Shown: piece by piece, positions 1 to 13,100 of the stretch | Layout: the number at the start of each line of letters is the position of its first letter | Numbering within the stretch: position 1 is the stretch's first letter | Assembly: GCF_009914755.1 (NCBI RefSeq) | Contig: NC_060934.1 | DNA: 64,000 nt | Direction: 5' to 3' (one strand) | Origin: the human T2T-CHM13v2.0 reference genome, Homo sapiens | Made by a program: the position numbers and the translations under genes | The notes under the pieces: model-generated | Databases searched by the model: none | Told to the model about the DNA's origin: nothing | What the model saw: only the letters and a program-made list of their open reading frames with translations

Positions 1-447
<447 letters not shown>

Positions 448-1070
448 TTAGGGGTTTGTGGCCAAGCTATTGATTGGTGACAGGGGCAGAGAGAGGCACA
501 GAGAAAGACTGAAGATGCCTCCAATGCCTGAAGATGCCGCAAATGCCTGGCTTGCAGGTCTGGGGAGCATCCCTCAGAGAGACGGGGAGGCCATGGAGAG
601 AAGCAGGTTGGACTACACTGAGTTTGGGTTTCACACCCCCTACCCCTGCCACCTTAAGTAAACCTAAGGATCCCACCCGCCTTGAGCAGACCCCATCCCC
701 AGGTTCCATATCTCCACCTGGGGACAGGAGGGCAGGCTTCCCAGAACAGGGGGAGGCTGACCCTGGACAGAGGCCGTAACGGCTGGCAGAGGTGTTTCTT
801 CCTGCCCAGAAGGAGTGCTCCTCTGCCCCTGGCATTAGAGAGGAGATACTGTGAGCAAAGTACATACGCTGTAAGCAAAGTGGTCGCTCTGCTCAGAGTG
901 ATGCTGAGTGGTGCTTCTTGCAGAGGCCACACTGAGAAGCAGAAACAGTGCCAGCCACACTCGTGGCCCCTGAGAAAGGTGGTGTTAGCAGCACAGAGAG
1001 GAGATCAAGGAGCTCCTGGAGCATGTTCCAGAAAATGGTGTGGCAAGTTTCTAACTCATGAGGTTGCCAT

Positions 1071-1373
1071 TTTATTTATTCACTTATTTTGTTTTTTCAG
1101 ACAAGGTCTCGCTCGCCCAGGCTGGAGTGCAGTGGCGTGATCTTGGCTTAATGCAAACTCCGTCTCCCAGGTTCAAGAGAATCTCAGTCTCCACCTCCTG
1201 AGTAGGAAGGATTACAAACGTGCACCAACACACTCAGCTGTTTTTTGTATTTTTAGTAGAGACAAGGTTTTGCCGTTTTGGCCAGGCTGGTCTTGAACTC
1301 TTGACCTCAAGTCATCTGCCCGCTATGACCTCTCAAACTGCTAAGATTATAGGCGTGAACCACCGCTCTCAGC
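1071..1373 (-). mobile_element. Alu (AluS/J-type)
   Basis: Reverse-complement Alu dimer with T-rich tail; TGCCATTT on both flanks (1065, 1374) as a likely TSD. Confidence 0.93.
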
Positions 1374-3809
1374 TGCCATTTATTTTATATAGTTATTTTT
1401 TTAAAAAGTATTTTCCTGCTTAAAAAAATGCATGTCAGTTGAACTAAACCAGTTCTGTCTGAGTTTATCCTTATTTATCAATTCTGAGGAAATAGTCATG
1501 GGCTGGTAAGGATGTTCCTCATGGCATGGCTTATCTCAATACATGGCATTTATTCGGGCAAACACAATGCTACAACTCTTCACCCTTTAAATGCCATGAA
1601 AAGAAAATATTTAAGGGCTTGAAAGTTATTCAGATTATGTTTATAACTGAAAAAAGGCATGTAGAGTATAATTGTGTTTTTGTTTTAAAAAACAAAAAAA
1701 AGTAAACTCATGGAAAAAAATTAGAATAATATACCAAAAATTGTGGTTATTCTGGAAAGAAGAATTAGAATTATAGATGTCTTAGAATTGTCTTCTCTTT
1801 CTTCATTTTTATGTATTTCCTACCAAAAGTGTGTATTACTGTGAAATGAGAAAAAACAAAACAAAACATGTTTTTGTTTGTTGAAGGACAAGCCAGAAGG
1901 AGGCTGCGGTGGAGGCGGAGCGGTGGGGAGGGTTCTGCCCTGGAATTTGGCTGCATCTGGTGAAGCTCATTGTCTTCGAGGTGTTTTTTTTTTTTCATGT
2001 GAAAATACAGGAAGGCTGTTTTCAGTGGATCTTTTGTCCTCAATCCAAAAGGTGTTTTTCTCCTCTAAGAAAGCAAAGTGCATGTTCTGCCTGGTCCCTA
2101 TTGTGGAGCTGGCCCAGCGTGGATGGCTTAACTGGACTGACCTGCTGTGAGCAGCCGGCCGCACTGCAACTCCCACTCACTCAGCCAAGAGAGGCTATGG
2201 GGACCCAAGCCCTGCTTTGAGAGAGACTGTCTGAGGTGGCTATACAGAGCCCGGGGCCCTGCTGGTGGCAGTGACATGGCTGAAATGGGGTTGCCACTCA
2301 ATTAGGTCACAGGATTCTGCCCCCAGGGGTCCTGACTCTGTCAGAAGAGTCCACTGGAGTGTGACGAGGGGTGCCTGTCATCAGAACCCAGCCTGGGCAG
2401 GGCCTTCTGCCAATGCCTCTCATAAGCAGAGCAAACACTGGGCCACAGAGCTGGGACCTCATGAATGGGACAGGCAAGACAGGTAAATTTTTTGTAATTG
2501 AATCCTCACTGTCTTCCTGCACACTCATTTGGCGGTAGGTTGGTTCACAGTCGGAGAAAAAGAAGAATTTTTCAGATGTTCGGATGTTTCTGATAAGCTC
2601 TGACTTTCAGGTCAAGGCAGAGAGGTGACTTTGCAAACAGCTAGGCTGGAGCTCCCTGACACCTGTAACCTCTTCCAGAGTCACTTTGGAAGCCTGAGTG
2701 ACCCCACCAAAGTGGGGCATTGCTCAAACATTCAAACTCACTTTTTGGAACAGGCTTCAAAGCTTGATGCTCATTTGTTCGACTGTTCTTATAATGGCTG
2801 ATTTTCTCTTTCTTTGGAAGTAGACAGAAACCATCCGGGGCTGAGAGCGTGATGAAGAATACAAGTGCCGAAGGAGGGGTGTGGCCTTTTAGAGCACCCT
2901 GGGGGCTGTTTTGAGGGCCAAAAGACTACTGGGTAGGAGACAGAATCTCCATTTGTAGTGGAGGAGTCAGAGGCGTGCAGAAATTCGAGGACTTGTCACT
3001 TGGGCAGAAGATGACGGAGCCACAGTTCAGAGCCAGTGCTGTGATTCTTAACTGCTCTTCAGTTCTGCTTGGAAAGGGAGGGAAGCCTGACAGATCCCAT
3101 AGATGGCCCTCTGTTGGGGATGGCATGCAGCGACGGGGTAGATGGGTTCTAGTCAGTCCCAGGGCGAATGCTGTTCCTGTCCTGTGCCCCAGGCTGATTC
3201 TGGGTATGTGGGGGCCTTTCTAAATCGTAGTACTCAGGAATGATCCGAACAGCTGTTTCCAAATGTCTAGATGCATGAAGATAAATCACATGCGGACTAA
3301 CTTTTTTGTATCTCATCCGAAAGTTCTGGTATACTTTCCAGCTATTGTTTCCCATTTTGTGCTGAGATCACATCTTCTTCTGGGCTGGGAGATTTATATT
3401 TTCCTTCCAATAAGACAGCCCGCCATTTAAAACCAGGCCTATGTGGATGCAATGTGAGCATAATCTATTTAGCACCTCCTTCCCCAGGGCTCTGACCCCT
3501 CAGTGGGGACCAGTGGCTCCCGCATCCACCTAGAAGTTAGGCTGTTGTTTTTCTGCCTTTTATGACTTATTTAGACTTTATCTTTAATATATATTCAGAT
3601 GTTGATCTTTTCATGAGTTCAAAAAGGGCTTTTACCTTCTGGAGCTCCATTCATAAGGTTGCAGTAAGTTAAATGCATGCTTCATGGCAGCAGGTAGGGT
3701 TTTAAGTCCTTTGTTAAACATTTTAAAATTTTTGCTGTAGTAAATAGGTGGTGATTGTTACTATTTCTTTCTAGGAATTCTCTATTTCTTCTAGAATTAG
3801 AAGCCTTAA

Positions 3810-4066
3810 GAATTTTGTGTCCAAGTTTTCATAGTATTTCCTTTCTTCACCTCTTTCTCTCTGTCTCTTGTTAGAAGGGACCAGTAAGAAAAACATAAAA
3901 AGGTTGGGACTGGTGCGCACTGTTGCAAGGCTGTTAGGAAGAATAGGGCAGTTGTGCCCTGTTCTGAGGGGCAGTAAGGCAGTTTGGGGCCAGCTGTTGG
4001 CAGCATGAGGCTTTACCCATGGCCCTTATATTGCTGTGGGCAAGGAAGTAGTGATGCCAGGCATTT
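3810..4066 (+). repeat. Diverged local duplication, copy 1 (partner 6289-6566)
   Basis: Shares CTTGTTAGAAGGGAC (3867/6368) and aligns at about 70% identity over about 200 bp by eye. Confidence 0.8.
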
Positions 4067-6288
4067 CTTTCTGTTTGGTAGAAAAATGGAATGTTAGTAT
4101 CATATCAGTTAGCCAAATTAGGGTGCAGGAACACAATCTTTACATCTGAGAGTATTCCTTTTATGTTTAGAACCATTGCATTAGCCCCAAACCCCAGATG
4201 TATATTTAACTGGAAAGCACCTTTTCTTGAGCTGTAGAAGTCATGAAACATTGACCTGCAGAGTTCCTGGCCGCGCCAGGTTCTGGTCATGGGTGATGTT
4301 GGATGTGTGCTGAAAATGACTCCCTGTGGCTGGTGCCGTAGCAACAAGTCCGCGAGCTTCCTGCTCATCTCTTCTCTGACTATCCATGGGCTTCCCGCTG
4401 GGCTCTGCTAACATCCCCTTCTCTTCTGCCTCCCACTTATTCCCCCAGCCCCAAGTTGTGCAGAAAGCTGTTCTTTCTTGTTTTAATATTTTAAAAAAGA
4501 AAGCAGTGGCATTGTCTAAGGCAGAGATTGTTGGCTGATTTACTCATGCTAGGAATCAAACCTTTCTTAAAAAGCTGCCTTCTCTGCATGGTGGGTTTTA
4601 GATACTTGGACTGACAAAGCTGGCGTTGTTTTGAGAGGGTTAACTAAGATTAATGAGGAAAGAAACGTGAAGCCATAAAGGATCAGCGTTTCCAATCAAT
4701 GACGGAATAAATTTAATGTGTATTCCATCTGCAGTTTCCTTGGCACAAATGTCCAGATGCCAATTCCAAAAGGTTTTGCCTTTTTATGCTTCTAAATAAC
4801 CTACTAAGACAAGAACAGTGTGTATTTCAAGTGTAATAGTGCTTTATTTAAGGTTTATACTGCAGTCGATGTATTGATCAAGAGGAATTTGTAGAATACA
4901 GAGGTGTGTTTTAATAAGAGCTGGATAGAGTACCACAAACCTTGCTATTCCCAGGACTTTAACAATTGTGAATTGCAGTTTCAGCATCTTATTTGGGAGA
5001 GGAAGGAAGAGGAAAAAAATAATTAATTGTGATAGAGTAATGGGGACCACGAAATGGGGGCTCTAATCCCCACCAAATGCATGGGTAATGAAATCATGAG
5101 ATTCTCTGTAGGTGTTCTGAAATAACTATCAGAAAGCAGCTCTGTGCATGAGCTTTTTAGAGACCGTGTATTTAAGCTGTGTGTAATTCCTTTTTCAGGT
5201 GGGGAGTGGTGTGAGGCCTTGGTCCATTTCATTGCTGACATTAGCCCTGCACCAGCGGGAGAACGTTTCTTCCTTTAATCACCCCAAGATTAGCCTGCAG
5301 TTGCCTCTTTCTGTTGGATATTTGAATAACAAGCTTGATGAGGCCACTTAACTCCCTCCAATTACAGGTGCCAAATGGGGGTACAAAAAAGAGAGGCCTT
5401 TTACATGTGTGAATGATTTCACAGTCCAGTGTCATAATCAGATTCTAGAAATTGAACTTGCAGAAAGTTTGTGCTAGCCTTGTGGATTTTCATTTCAGAT
5501 GTTGTCAACTCAAGGGCATTTGGACCAATCAATATCTGTCTGTCTTCTCACACATAGAAAGTTGGCTATTAGAAAAGAGAGGCTTACAGCAGGGCTCAGC
5601 CAATACCATTAGCCCTAGCCTAAGGGCAGTTCTGTCCATGTGCCCGGGTAGGCACCTGCCCCCTCCCCTCCCCCACCATTAGGGAGGCCACTTGGGATGT
5701 CATTTGGACAGAGTGGGCAAAGAGCACTTCTTTATTCTCTCTCTTTTTTACACCCAGACTCCCCCAAAATCAATAAATCTGTTCTTTGCTTATTTTCAGA
5801 ACTTTACTTCAATATAAGCAAGGACTTTCCTTCCAGCAACAAGCTCAAGTAACACCATGTCAGGCTTATGTGTGTGTGTGTTTTCTTTCTCTGTTCCAAT
5901 TTGAAAAATAATTGGAAATAATATCTGATTGATGTTCTCTCTCTCTCTCTCTCTCTCTTTAGCTAAATATTTCCTAGATGAAAGACCTTGATCCACTGCC
6001 TTTCATGATTCAGCACTGGATTTTCTGTTCCATGCAGCCTTCTATTGGAATAATTTTGTGAAATGAAGGCAACAAAGTATTGTTTTCTTAATCAAAGAGA
6101 ACTTCATAAAAATTGTGCTCCTTGACTGCTAATTTGTCCTGCATTGTTACCGATGCTTTTCTTATGATTTTTGTTTTGCACTGAACAGCCCCCTGGCTGA
6201 GAGAAAACCCCGAAGCAGTTAAGATACCAGGAAAGGAAGACTTGAAAATTGGTTAGTGAAGATTCTGAGTATTTCCTGGTGCGTCTGG

Positions 6289-6566
6289 GAATTTTGTTTG
6301 TTTTTTGTGGTGATATTTCTTTCTCTCTGTATGTCTCTGTCTCTCTGTCTCTATCTGCATCTCTGCCCTTGTTAGAAGGGACTAATTAGAATGGCACAAA
6401 CACGTTAGAATTGGAGATCATCGTTGCAAAGGCCCTTAGGAAGAGGGGGGCAGTTTTGGTCCATTCTGAAGGCTATCAAGGCGGTTTCCAGCTTGCTCTT
6501 GGCATGAAAAGGAATAACCAGGGCCATTTTAATGCCATGGGCAGGGAAAGCATGATGCAAAGCTTT
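6289..6566 (+). repeat. Diverged local duplication, copy 2 (partner 3810-4066)
   Basis: Same alignment, offset about 2501 bp. Confidence 0.8.
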
Positions 6567-7533
6567 TGGAGGGGCCACCGGGTAACAACAGGAGAGCACC
6601 AGAACTCACGGAGAGAGCAGAGGTTGAGGAAGCCTGGCGCCCCAGCGACAAAGCAGTGTCCCCGACAAAAGAAAGACTCAATCTTGGAAACAGAAACATG
6701 AAGTGAATGTTTAATACCATGGTCCAAGAAGATGGCATTTTCTGTGACTGGAACAATGCAGAATTAATGTGTATCTGCAAGAAATATCATTAAGATTAAG
6801 TATTCTTCAGAGAGATTGGAGAATCGGGGAATTCAAGTGCGTTTGTTGGCTTGAGCCAGCCCTCCGCTACCTGACCCATCTGCAGGCAGAAAGGGCATCC
6901 ACCAAGGTAAAGACATCTGCTGGAAGACAAAAGTAAAGATGTGAATTTTCTTTCAATTTCCTGAGAGAGCACAATACTTACAGTTCTCTCTTTTAATGCG
7001 ACTCTGGATTGCTTTTTCCCTGACAGTTGCTGTAGAGATAGCATAGGCTTGCTGCTTGGCACAGAAGTACTCTTTATTTCATTGTAATTAGCAAGGGTAA
7101 TTTTCTGGCATGGCTCCGGAATGGTCCATGAGGGGTTTTCATGTCTGAAAGCAGAGGAGAGTTCAAGGTCAGATCCTGAGCTTCAGCAGTGAGGACGAGT
7201 TGGAATCCAGAGCTGGAATTGTGATGCTGGAGCACAGGGTGAGGACCAAAGTTTACTCAATTCTCAGGGCCAAAGTCCTAACTGGGCTGCTGCTGATTGT
7301 CTCTCCTGGGGTCCTGTTAGGGATGGACCCACAAGATCGCCAGAACGGGGCGGCACTGTCTTGCTATACAAGCTCTTTAGAGGGCTCCATTGAACAGGTT
7401 TTCTGTTTTGAATGAAATCATAGATCTTTCATCCAGGGGTTTGCCATGAATACCTTGATCTTATGCTCATCAGCCATCACTGCACTATATTTTTTGTGTA
7501 TATGCCCTTCTCTCTTGCCAGATTATCAGAAAT

Positions 7534-7534
<1 letters not shown>

Positions 7535-7572
<38 letters not shown>
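7535..7572 (+). repeat. (GT)19 microsatellite
   Basis: Perfect dinucleotide run, within a probable L2 3' remnant. Confidence 0.97.
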
Positions 7573-7574
<2 letters not shown>

Positions 7575-7849
7575 TTTATTTCTGCATCTCCAGTACCTTT
7601 CAGCGTACCGTGCAGAAGCATCACTCAAATGCACGAAGCCAAATATGTCTGTGAACACACTGTTTGGTTGAACTGACTTTTTTTTTTTTTTGATAGTGAG
7701 TCTTTCTCAGTAGAGGAGGCAGTGTGCTGTTATATGCTGATGCAGCTCCTTGTCTTGGACTCATAACTGACAGAACAGCATGTGGACCTCACCGCTCCTT
7801 GGACTTCGAGTGGCGCTACTCTAACGCTGAGTCCTGACCTGGATCCCTG

Positions 7850-8320
7850 TTTGCTTGCCTAGACCTAAGGCGGTGGTGCAGACCTTCCCCCACCCCACAT
7901 ACCATCGCCTTCTGGAATGTGGCTTTGTGGAACTGAGGCTGAGTCAATCACAGTGCCCCATTCTTCTGGTCATGTGACAGGTCTGGACCTGGTCATGTGG
8001 CAAAGTCGAATCTAAGTCACATCAAAGCAGGGAGAGTTAAAGCAAATCTTTTCTCTCTTGTTGTGGAGCTGGAATATGAGCCCAGAAGCTTCCAGAACAC
8101 ATGGTCCTGCCCTCATAAAGAAGCTCAAGTGAGGGAACAAAATCGACTTAGGTAGCAGCGAGCATGGAAGGGGCCTGGCTACATCAAGTTCTCAGATCCT
8201 GTTGTCCCCACCCACCCCCTGTAACTTGCCAATTTTATCCATCAAGCATCCTCTCCTCTCTCCCAACTTGTCTGAGTTCTGTTTCTGTCATTGTCACCAA
8301 GAGAGCTTTGATGAGTAAGA
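7850..8320 (+). mobile_element. Old MaLR LTR (MLT1K/L-like)
   Basis: Degenerate CAATCACAGTGCCCC...TGGTCATGTGAC motif and terminal TGAGTTCTGTTTCTGTCATTGTCACCAAGAGAG typical of old MLT1 LTRs. Confidence 0.55.
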
Positions 8321-10348
8321 AATCCCAACATTCCACGGGAGTCTTGGTGGTTTAAATTTTTAAGTGAGTCCTCACTTGTTAAAGTCTTATTCCTGTTAGA
8401 GGGCACTTCCATAGTCCAGAAGGTGGGGAATTCCTATAGGTGACCTGTGGTCTCTCTAAGCAATTTGACCAGGACTATTTAATAAAATATTTTAAAAATG
8501 GTTCCTTTTAATTATTCATTTTCAAATGTATATTTGTTCTTGGCAAACAAGAGATGATTTGCGTTAATCAGTGATCTTTAAGCAAATTCCTTGCAATACT
8601 TTATCTCCATATAAACTCGAAGCTTCTTAAATGAAATAGTACCTGTGTATTTCATATGGCTTCCTCTTTTATAAATAAAATGAATGGACTTGGGACCAAA
8701 ACAGAATTTTTTTTTTCGGGAACTATAGGACTGGAATCTTTTTATCCAAGGCAGTTGGATCCCACAGTACATTTTCACTGTAACAGACAATGAGGTTGAG
8801 TCAATAAATAAATAAATAAAGTCACCAACATGTCCAAAAGCCTCCATTTAAAACTCAAAGCCAGTGGTTTTGGGTTTCACCTTTTCCTTTAAAATTAAAT
8901 TCCCTGAAACCATATTTTAAAAATGCTATCTGAATGGGAACCGCCAAACTGGGAAACTTTAAGTTTAAAAATAGAACTGCATCTGAATTATCTTATAGAA
9001 ATTTGTCTTCTAACCAGCCATCAGTAACTGTAAGCATGCTTCATAGATCTACATATTTCAGCACTTTTTACATTCTGAAAGAATCTTGCTTAGATACGAA
9101 GGTTAACTGGACACCTTTTTCTGCATTCACCTTTAATACTGGATGCCCCCTTTATCTGCACTCCCAAGCTGGGAAGCCCCAGAGTGGGCTCTTGGCCCCT
9201 TGCGGCCAACTGAAGTTCTCCATCTCTGCAGCCTCCGTGATCACCTTAAGAATAGGCTCGCGACCTCCTTTGGGCCACACAGAGTCCTTCTCAGGGCTTG
9301 CGCTGGAGCTCTCAGGAGGGATGCTCGCTTTCTCACTGATCAGGAACTCTAAGGACCAAAGCCTGGAGTGAGGATGTGATCTGCTTGCAAGCGAAGGAGG
9401 CAGGAGGCAGCCGGACTCGAGGGCACACATGACCTGGCAGGGCTGAACCTCAGGCTCCGGTGAGGCTGGCTCCTGACTGCCCCTCTGGACTTTCTCAGTT
9501 ATTTCAGGCCATGGATTATCTTTAGTGCTTAAGCTAGTTTGAGTTGTGTTTCTGCCACTCATAATTCAGAGAATCCTGGTGGCTTCAGTGTGATCAGGAA
9601 GACATTGGGAGCCATTTTAGTTTTTACTTAACTTTTCCAAACTTGCTAGACAGGCTGATTATGGGTCTGTGCTAGTCTGGGAACCTGTGTTTGCTCTCTT
9701 AAGCCATGGGTCTTAGACTCATTTCCTGTTGCAAACAGGATGCACTGCACATTTTTACTGTGTTTTTGCTGCCCATAAGTGGGAGGCAGATTCGAATGAT
9801 AGAATTGGAAAGGTTCCAAAAGCACCAGCCATGGTAGGGACCCTGAAGATTGCAAGATAAACAAAAGCATTCAGAACTTGTGATGGGAGTGTGAGAGGAT
9901 TGAGCGTTGAAGTCAGCCTAACAGAGGCTGTCGTTTACCCGGTGAAATCCTCAAGTTACAAACAGCTGCTGTGCAATTGGAAGTCACAGTCTTCAGTTAG
10001 GCTTGATTTGTCATTTGGTTTATAAATAAGCTTTCATTTTGTCTTTTTTTTTTTTTTTTTTTTTTGGTCTGGCAATGTGGTATCTCTTCCTTGCAGGATT
10101 TGGGAAGCTGGGAATATGTGTGACCCACACTACCTGAGGGTGATAGACTGTGACAGTGTCTCCAGCATTTTCATGTTGAAATCTGCTTTATCCTAATTTC
10201 CAGTCTTGGTCTTGTCTGTCACAGGCTGGGGAGAAGAGCACCGTCCAGAGAAGGACCCAATAAGGGACATTTCCACCTTGCTTAGTGGGTTGAGGGCTGG
10301 GCTTTGGGTTTGAGATGTGAAGAGAAAGAAGCTACGTGGAAGAGAAAG

Positions 10349-10521
10349 GATGGAGGTACAAGGACGCCCTCCAGCCGGCTACACTTCTGAAACTAAAACA
10401 TACAAAACTCAGTGGCTTTTCCTCAACTCCTATGATGGATGTGCAAGGACGCCCTCCAGCTGGCTGCATTTCTGATGCTAAAAATACAAAACTCAGCAGC
10501 TTTGCCCATACTCCTATGATG
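10349..10521 (+). repeat. Tandem duplication, 2 x ~85 bp
   Basis: CAAGGACGCCCTCCAGC at 10359 and 10444; ATACAAAACTCAG and ACTCCTATGATG also in both units. Confidence 0.95.
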
Positions 10522-10526
10522 CCTGC

Positions 10527-10839
<313 letters not shown>

Positions 10840-11214
10840 GATGCCTGCTTTTTTAAGAGTGAAGAATGCAGTATGCAGAAGTCCTCCCATTCCCGCCATG
10901 CCTGACCTGGTGCATCACAGGCTGCCCAGATGCAGAGGAAGGCTCGGCCATTTCGGCCTTGGCCTGGGCTCTCGGTGGTCCGCTCTGAGGGAACTACATC
11001 TAATTACAGAGCAGCGCCGTGGGAAGGAAAGGTCTGGGAAAGTGCAAATGGGAGCCCCAGCACAGAGCACAGCATAACAATTCTTTGGCTATGACACCAC
11101 AAATGCCATGACCACACAACTCAGCCAACTGGTTACCTCTCACAATGGTGCCTGGTACATCCAGAATCTTAATCTGAGTAATGACTAGTTTTTCAGAAAA
11201 ATATGTTTTATCCT

Positions 11215-11470
11215 GAGTTCACTGTAGTGTCACATCCATGGTAAGAAACAATGCAGAGAGATCCTGTATCTGCTTTACCCTGGGGTGACATCTTGCATAA
11301 CCACAGTACGTATCACAGCCAGGGTACTGATGCTTATACAGCCCACTGACTGTATTCAGATTTTACATGCACTTACTTGTATGTGTTTAGTTCTATGCCA
11401 TTTTGTATATTTGTGTGATCAGCATCACAGTCAAATATAGAACAGTTTTGTCACAAGGATCCCACTACAC
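11215..11470 (-). mobile_element. L1M (L1MC-like) 3' fragment
   Basis: AAGAAACAATGCAGAGAGATCC...GTGACATCTTGCATAACCACAGTAC resembles the reverse complement of an L1MC 3' UTR. Confidence 0.65.
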
Positions 11471-11508
11471 CTAAAAATTTAAGTTTTAAACATTTTCGTT
11501 GTGATCTT

Positions 11509-11828
11509 TTCTTTTTCTTTTTCTTTTTTCTTTTTTTTTGAGATGGAGTCTCACTCTGTTGCCCAGGCTGGAGTGCAGTGGCACAGTCTCGGCTCACTGC
11601 TGCCTCTGTCTCCAGGCTCAAGCGATTCTCCTGTCTCAGCCTCCTGACTAGCTGGGATTACAGGCGTGCACCACCACACGCAGATAATTTTTGTATTTTT
11701 AGTAGAGACAGGGTTTCAGAGTTTCACCATGTTGGCTAGGCTGGTCTCGAACTCCTGACCTCAAATGATCCTCCTGCCTTGACCTCCCAAAGTGCTGGGA
11801 TTACAGGCGTGAGCCACCACACCTGGCC
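11509..11828 (-). mobile_element. AluS (Sx-like)
   Basis: Full Alu dimer; TSD GTTGTGATCTT at 11498 and 11830. Confidence 0.96.
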
Positions 11829-12514
11829 TGTTGTGATCTTAAGCGTGATTTGTCATTGTTTGGGGCCCAACTTTTTCATGAACTATAATAGGAAAATAGG
11901 ATCCCAGGTGCCAAGATTTGCTTTCCAGCCCTGCCTCCCCACCCAGGACCCATGTGGGCCACCCATTGTAGCAGGCCTGCCTGTGGATTCCACAGTGAGG
12001 CTCTTCAAGAAGGATGTGGAGAGGATCCCATGTCTGGGAGGAACTGTCCCTTGGATTTCTCTGCAGTGATATTCCTATCCACTGGCGTTATCTTGAGATA
12101 AAACCGTGGAGCTCTTCATGTTGAAATGCCAATACCTTTCCCCTCCACCGCCTGTCAGTTGGTTTGGCTGAAGCCTGCTCACATTTACTTAACTTGACAT
12201 ATAGTAATAATGGAATATAATGAAAATTCTTTGCAAACTATTGATTTTTTTCTGCATGCACCCAAATGGTCCGCAGAATGGAGTTATTTTTTAGTTTGCA
12301 CTATTCTCTGGCCATCCTTTCAGCATAATGTATTATAAAAAAAGATCATGGACTTAGTCAGAGATTGTGAAAAATCAGTGCAGCTGTAAGAAGGAAGTAG
12401 GCATTTCTGTGACAGGCCTTTTTAGAACCCTGTATTCTAGCTTCTTTCTTTGCACTTGGTAGCCACCCTGGCCTCTCAATCTTGGCTCCCTGTGGGCACC
12501 AGCTCCATACACCC

Positions 12515-12635
12515 CATCAAAGTGTTTTAACTTTCTGAACCCCAGTTTTTTTGTACATAAACTCATATATATCTTATATGTTGTTATTTTGAAGGTTAAA
12601 TGAGTTAATATAAAAGGTTCTTAGTAAATGCTAGT
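12515..12635 (+). mobile_element. MIR fragment
   Basis: TTAACTTTCTGAACCCCAGTTT...GAAGGTTAAATGAGTTAATA MIR core-like. Confidence 0.6.
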
Positions 12636-12639
12636 TTTA

Positions 12640-13100
12640 TTTTCAGCCATTTGTCAATTATTTAGCACTTCCCTTGGACCAGGTATTTGTTGGATGCTAA
12701 GCGTAGAAAAAAATAAAGTAAAAGCTATCTTCACCCTCAAGAGAATCATAGTCTTGTTGGTCCTGCAGTTAGAATTCAGTGCAGTGCTCATCACTTCCCT
12801 ACAGAGAATCCATGCTTTCTGGGAGCTAGGGAGGGATGAGGTGTCAGGAAAGCCTTCCTAGAGAAGGTCACACTTTACTTTTTGGCTGTTGGTGTAGACT
12901 TGGAAGGACCTAGGCTGTGCAGAGAGAAAAGGACATTCAAGTAGAGGAGAATGTGTGAGCAAGGTCCAGAAATAGGAAGGACTGTTGAGTGTTCAGAGAC
13001 TCTTATGTGGATCAGAGACAGCGTGGGAACAGGAAGGTGGAAGGGACACATGGACAGGTCAGTAGGGTCAGAGCCTGCGACCACGTGACCTACCGAAGCT
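12640..13100 (-). mobile_element. L2 fragment
   Basis: ATTTAGCAC...CCAGGTAT..., CCCTCAAGAGAATCATAGTC, GGAAAGCCTTCCTAGAGAAGG match the reverse L2 3' region. Confidence 0.6.

Noticed and set aside
3867-3990. Duplicated segment as a pair of coding exons
   Set aside because: Stops shortly after the AG and a 1-bp indel between the copies
8934-9562. Overlapping 145-aa (+) and 136-aa (-) ORFs
   Set aside because: No recognisable family or motif; consistent with chance in moderately GC-rich DNA
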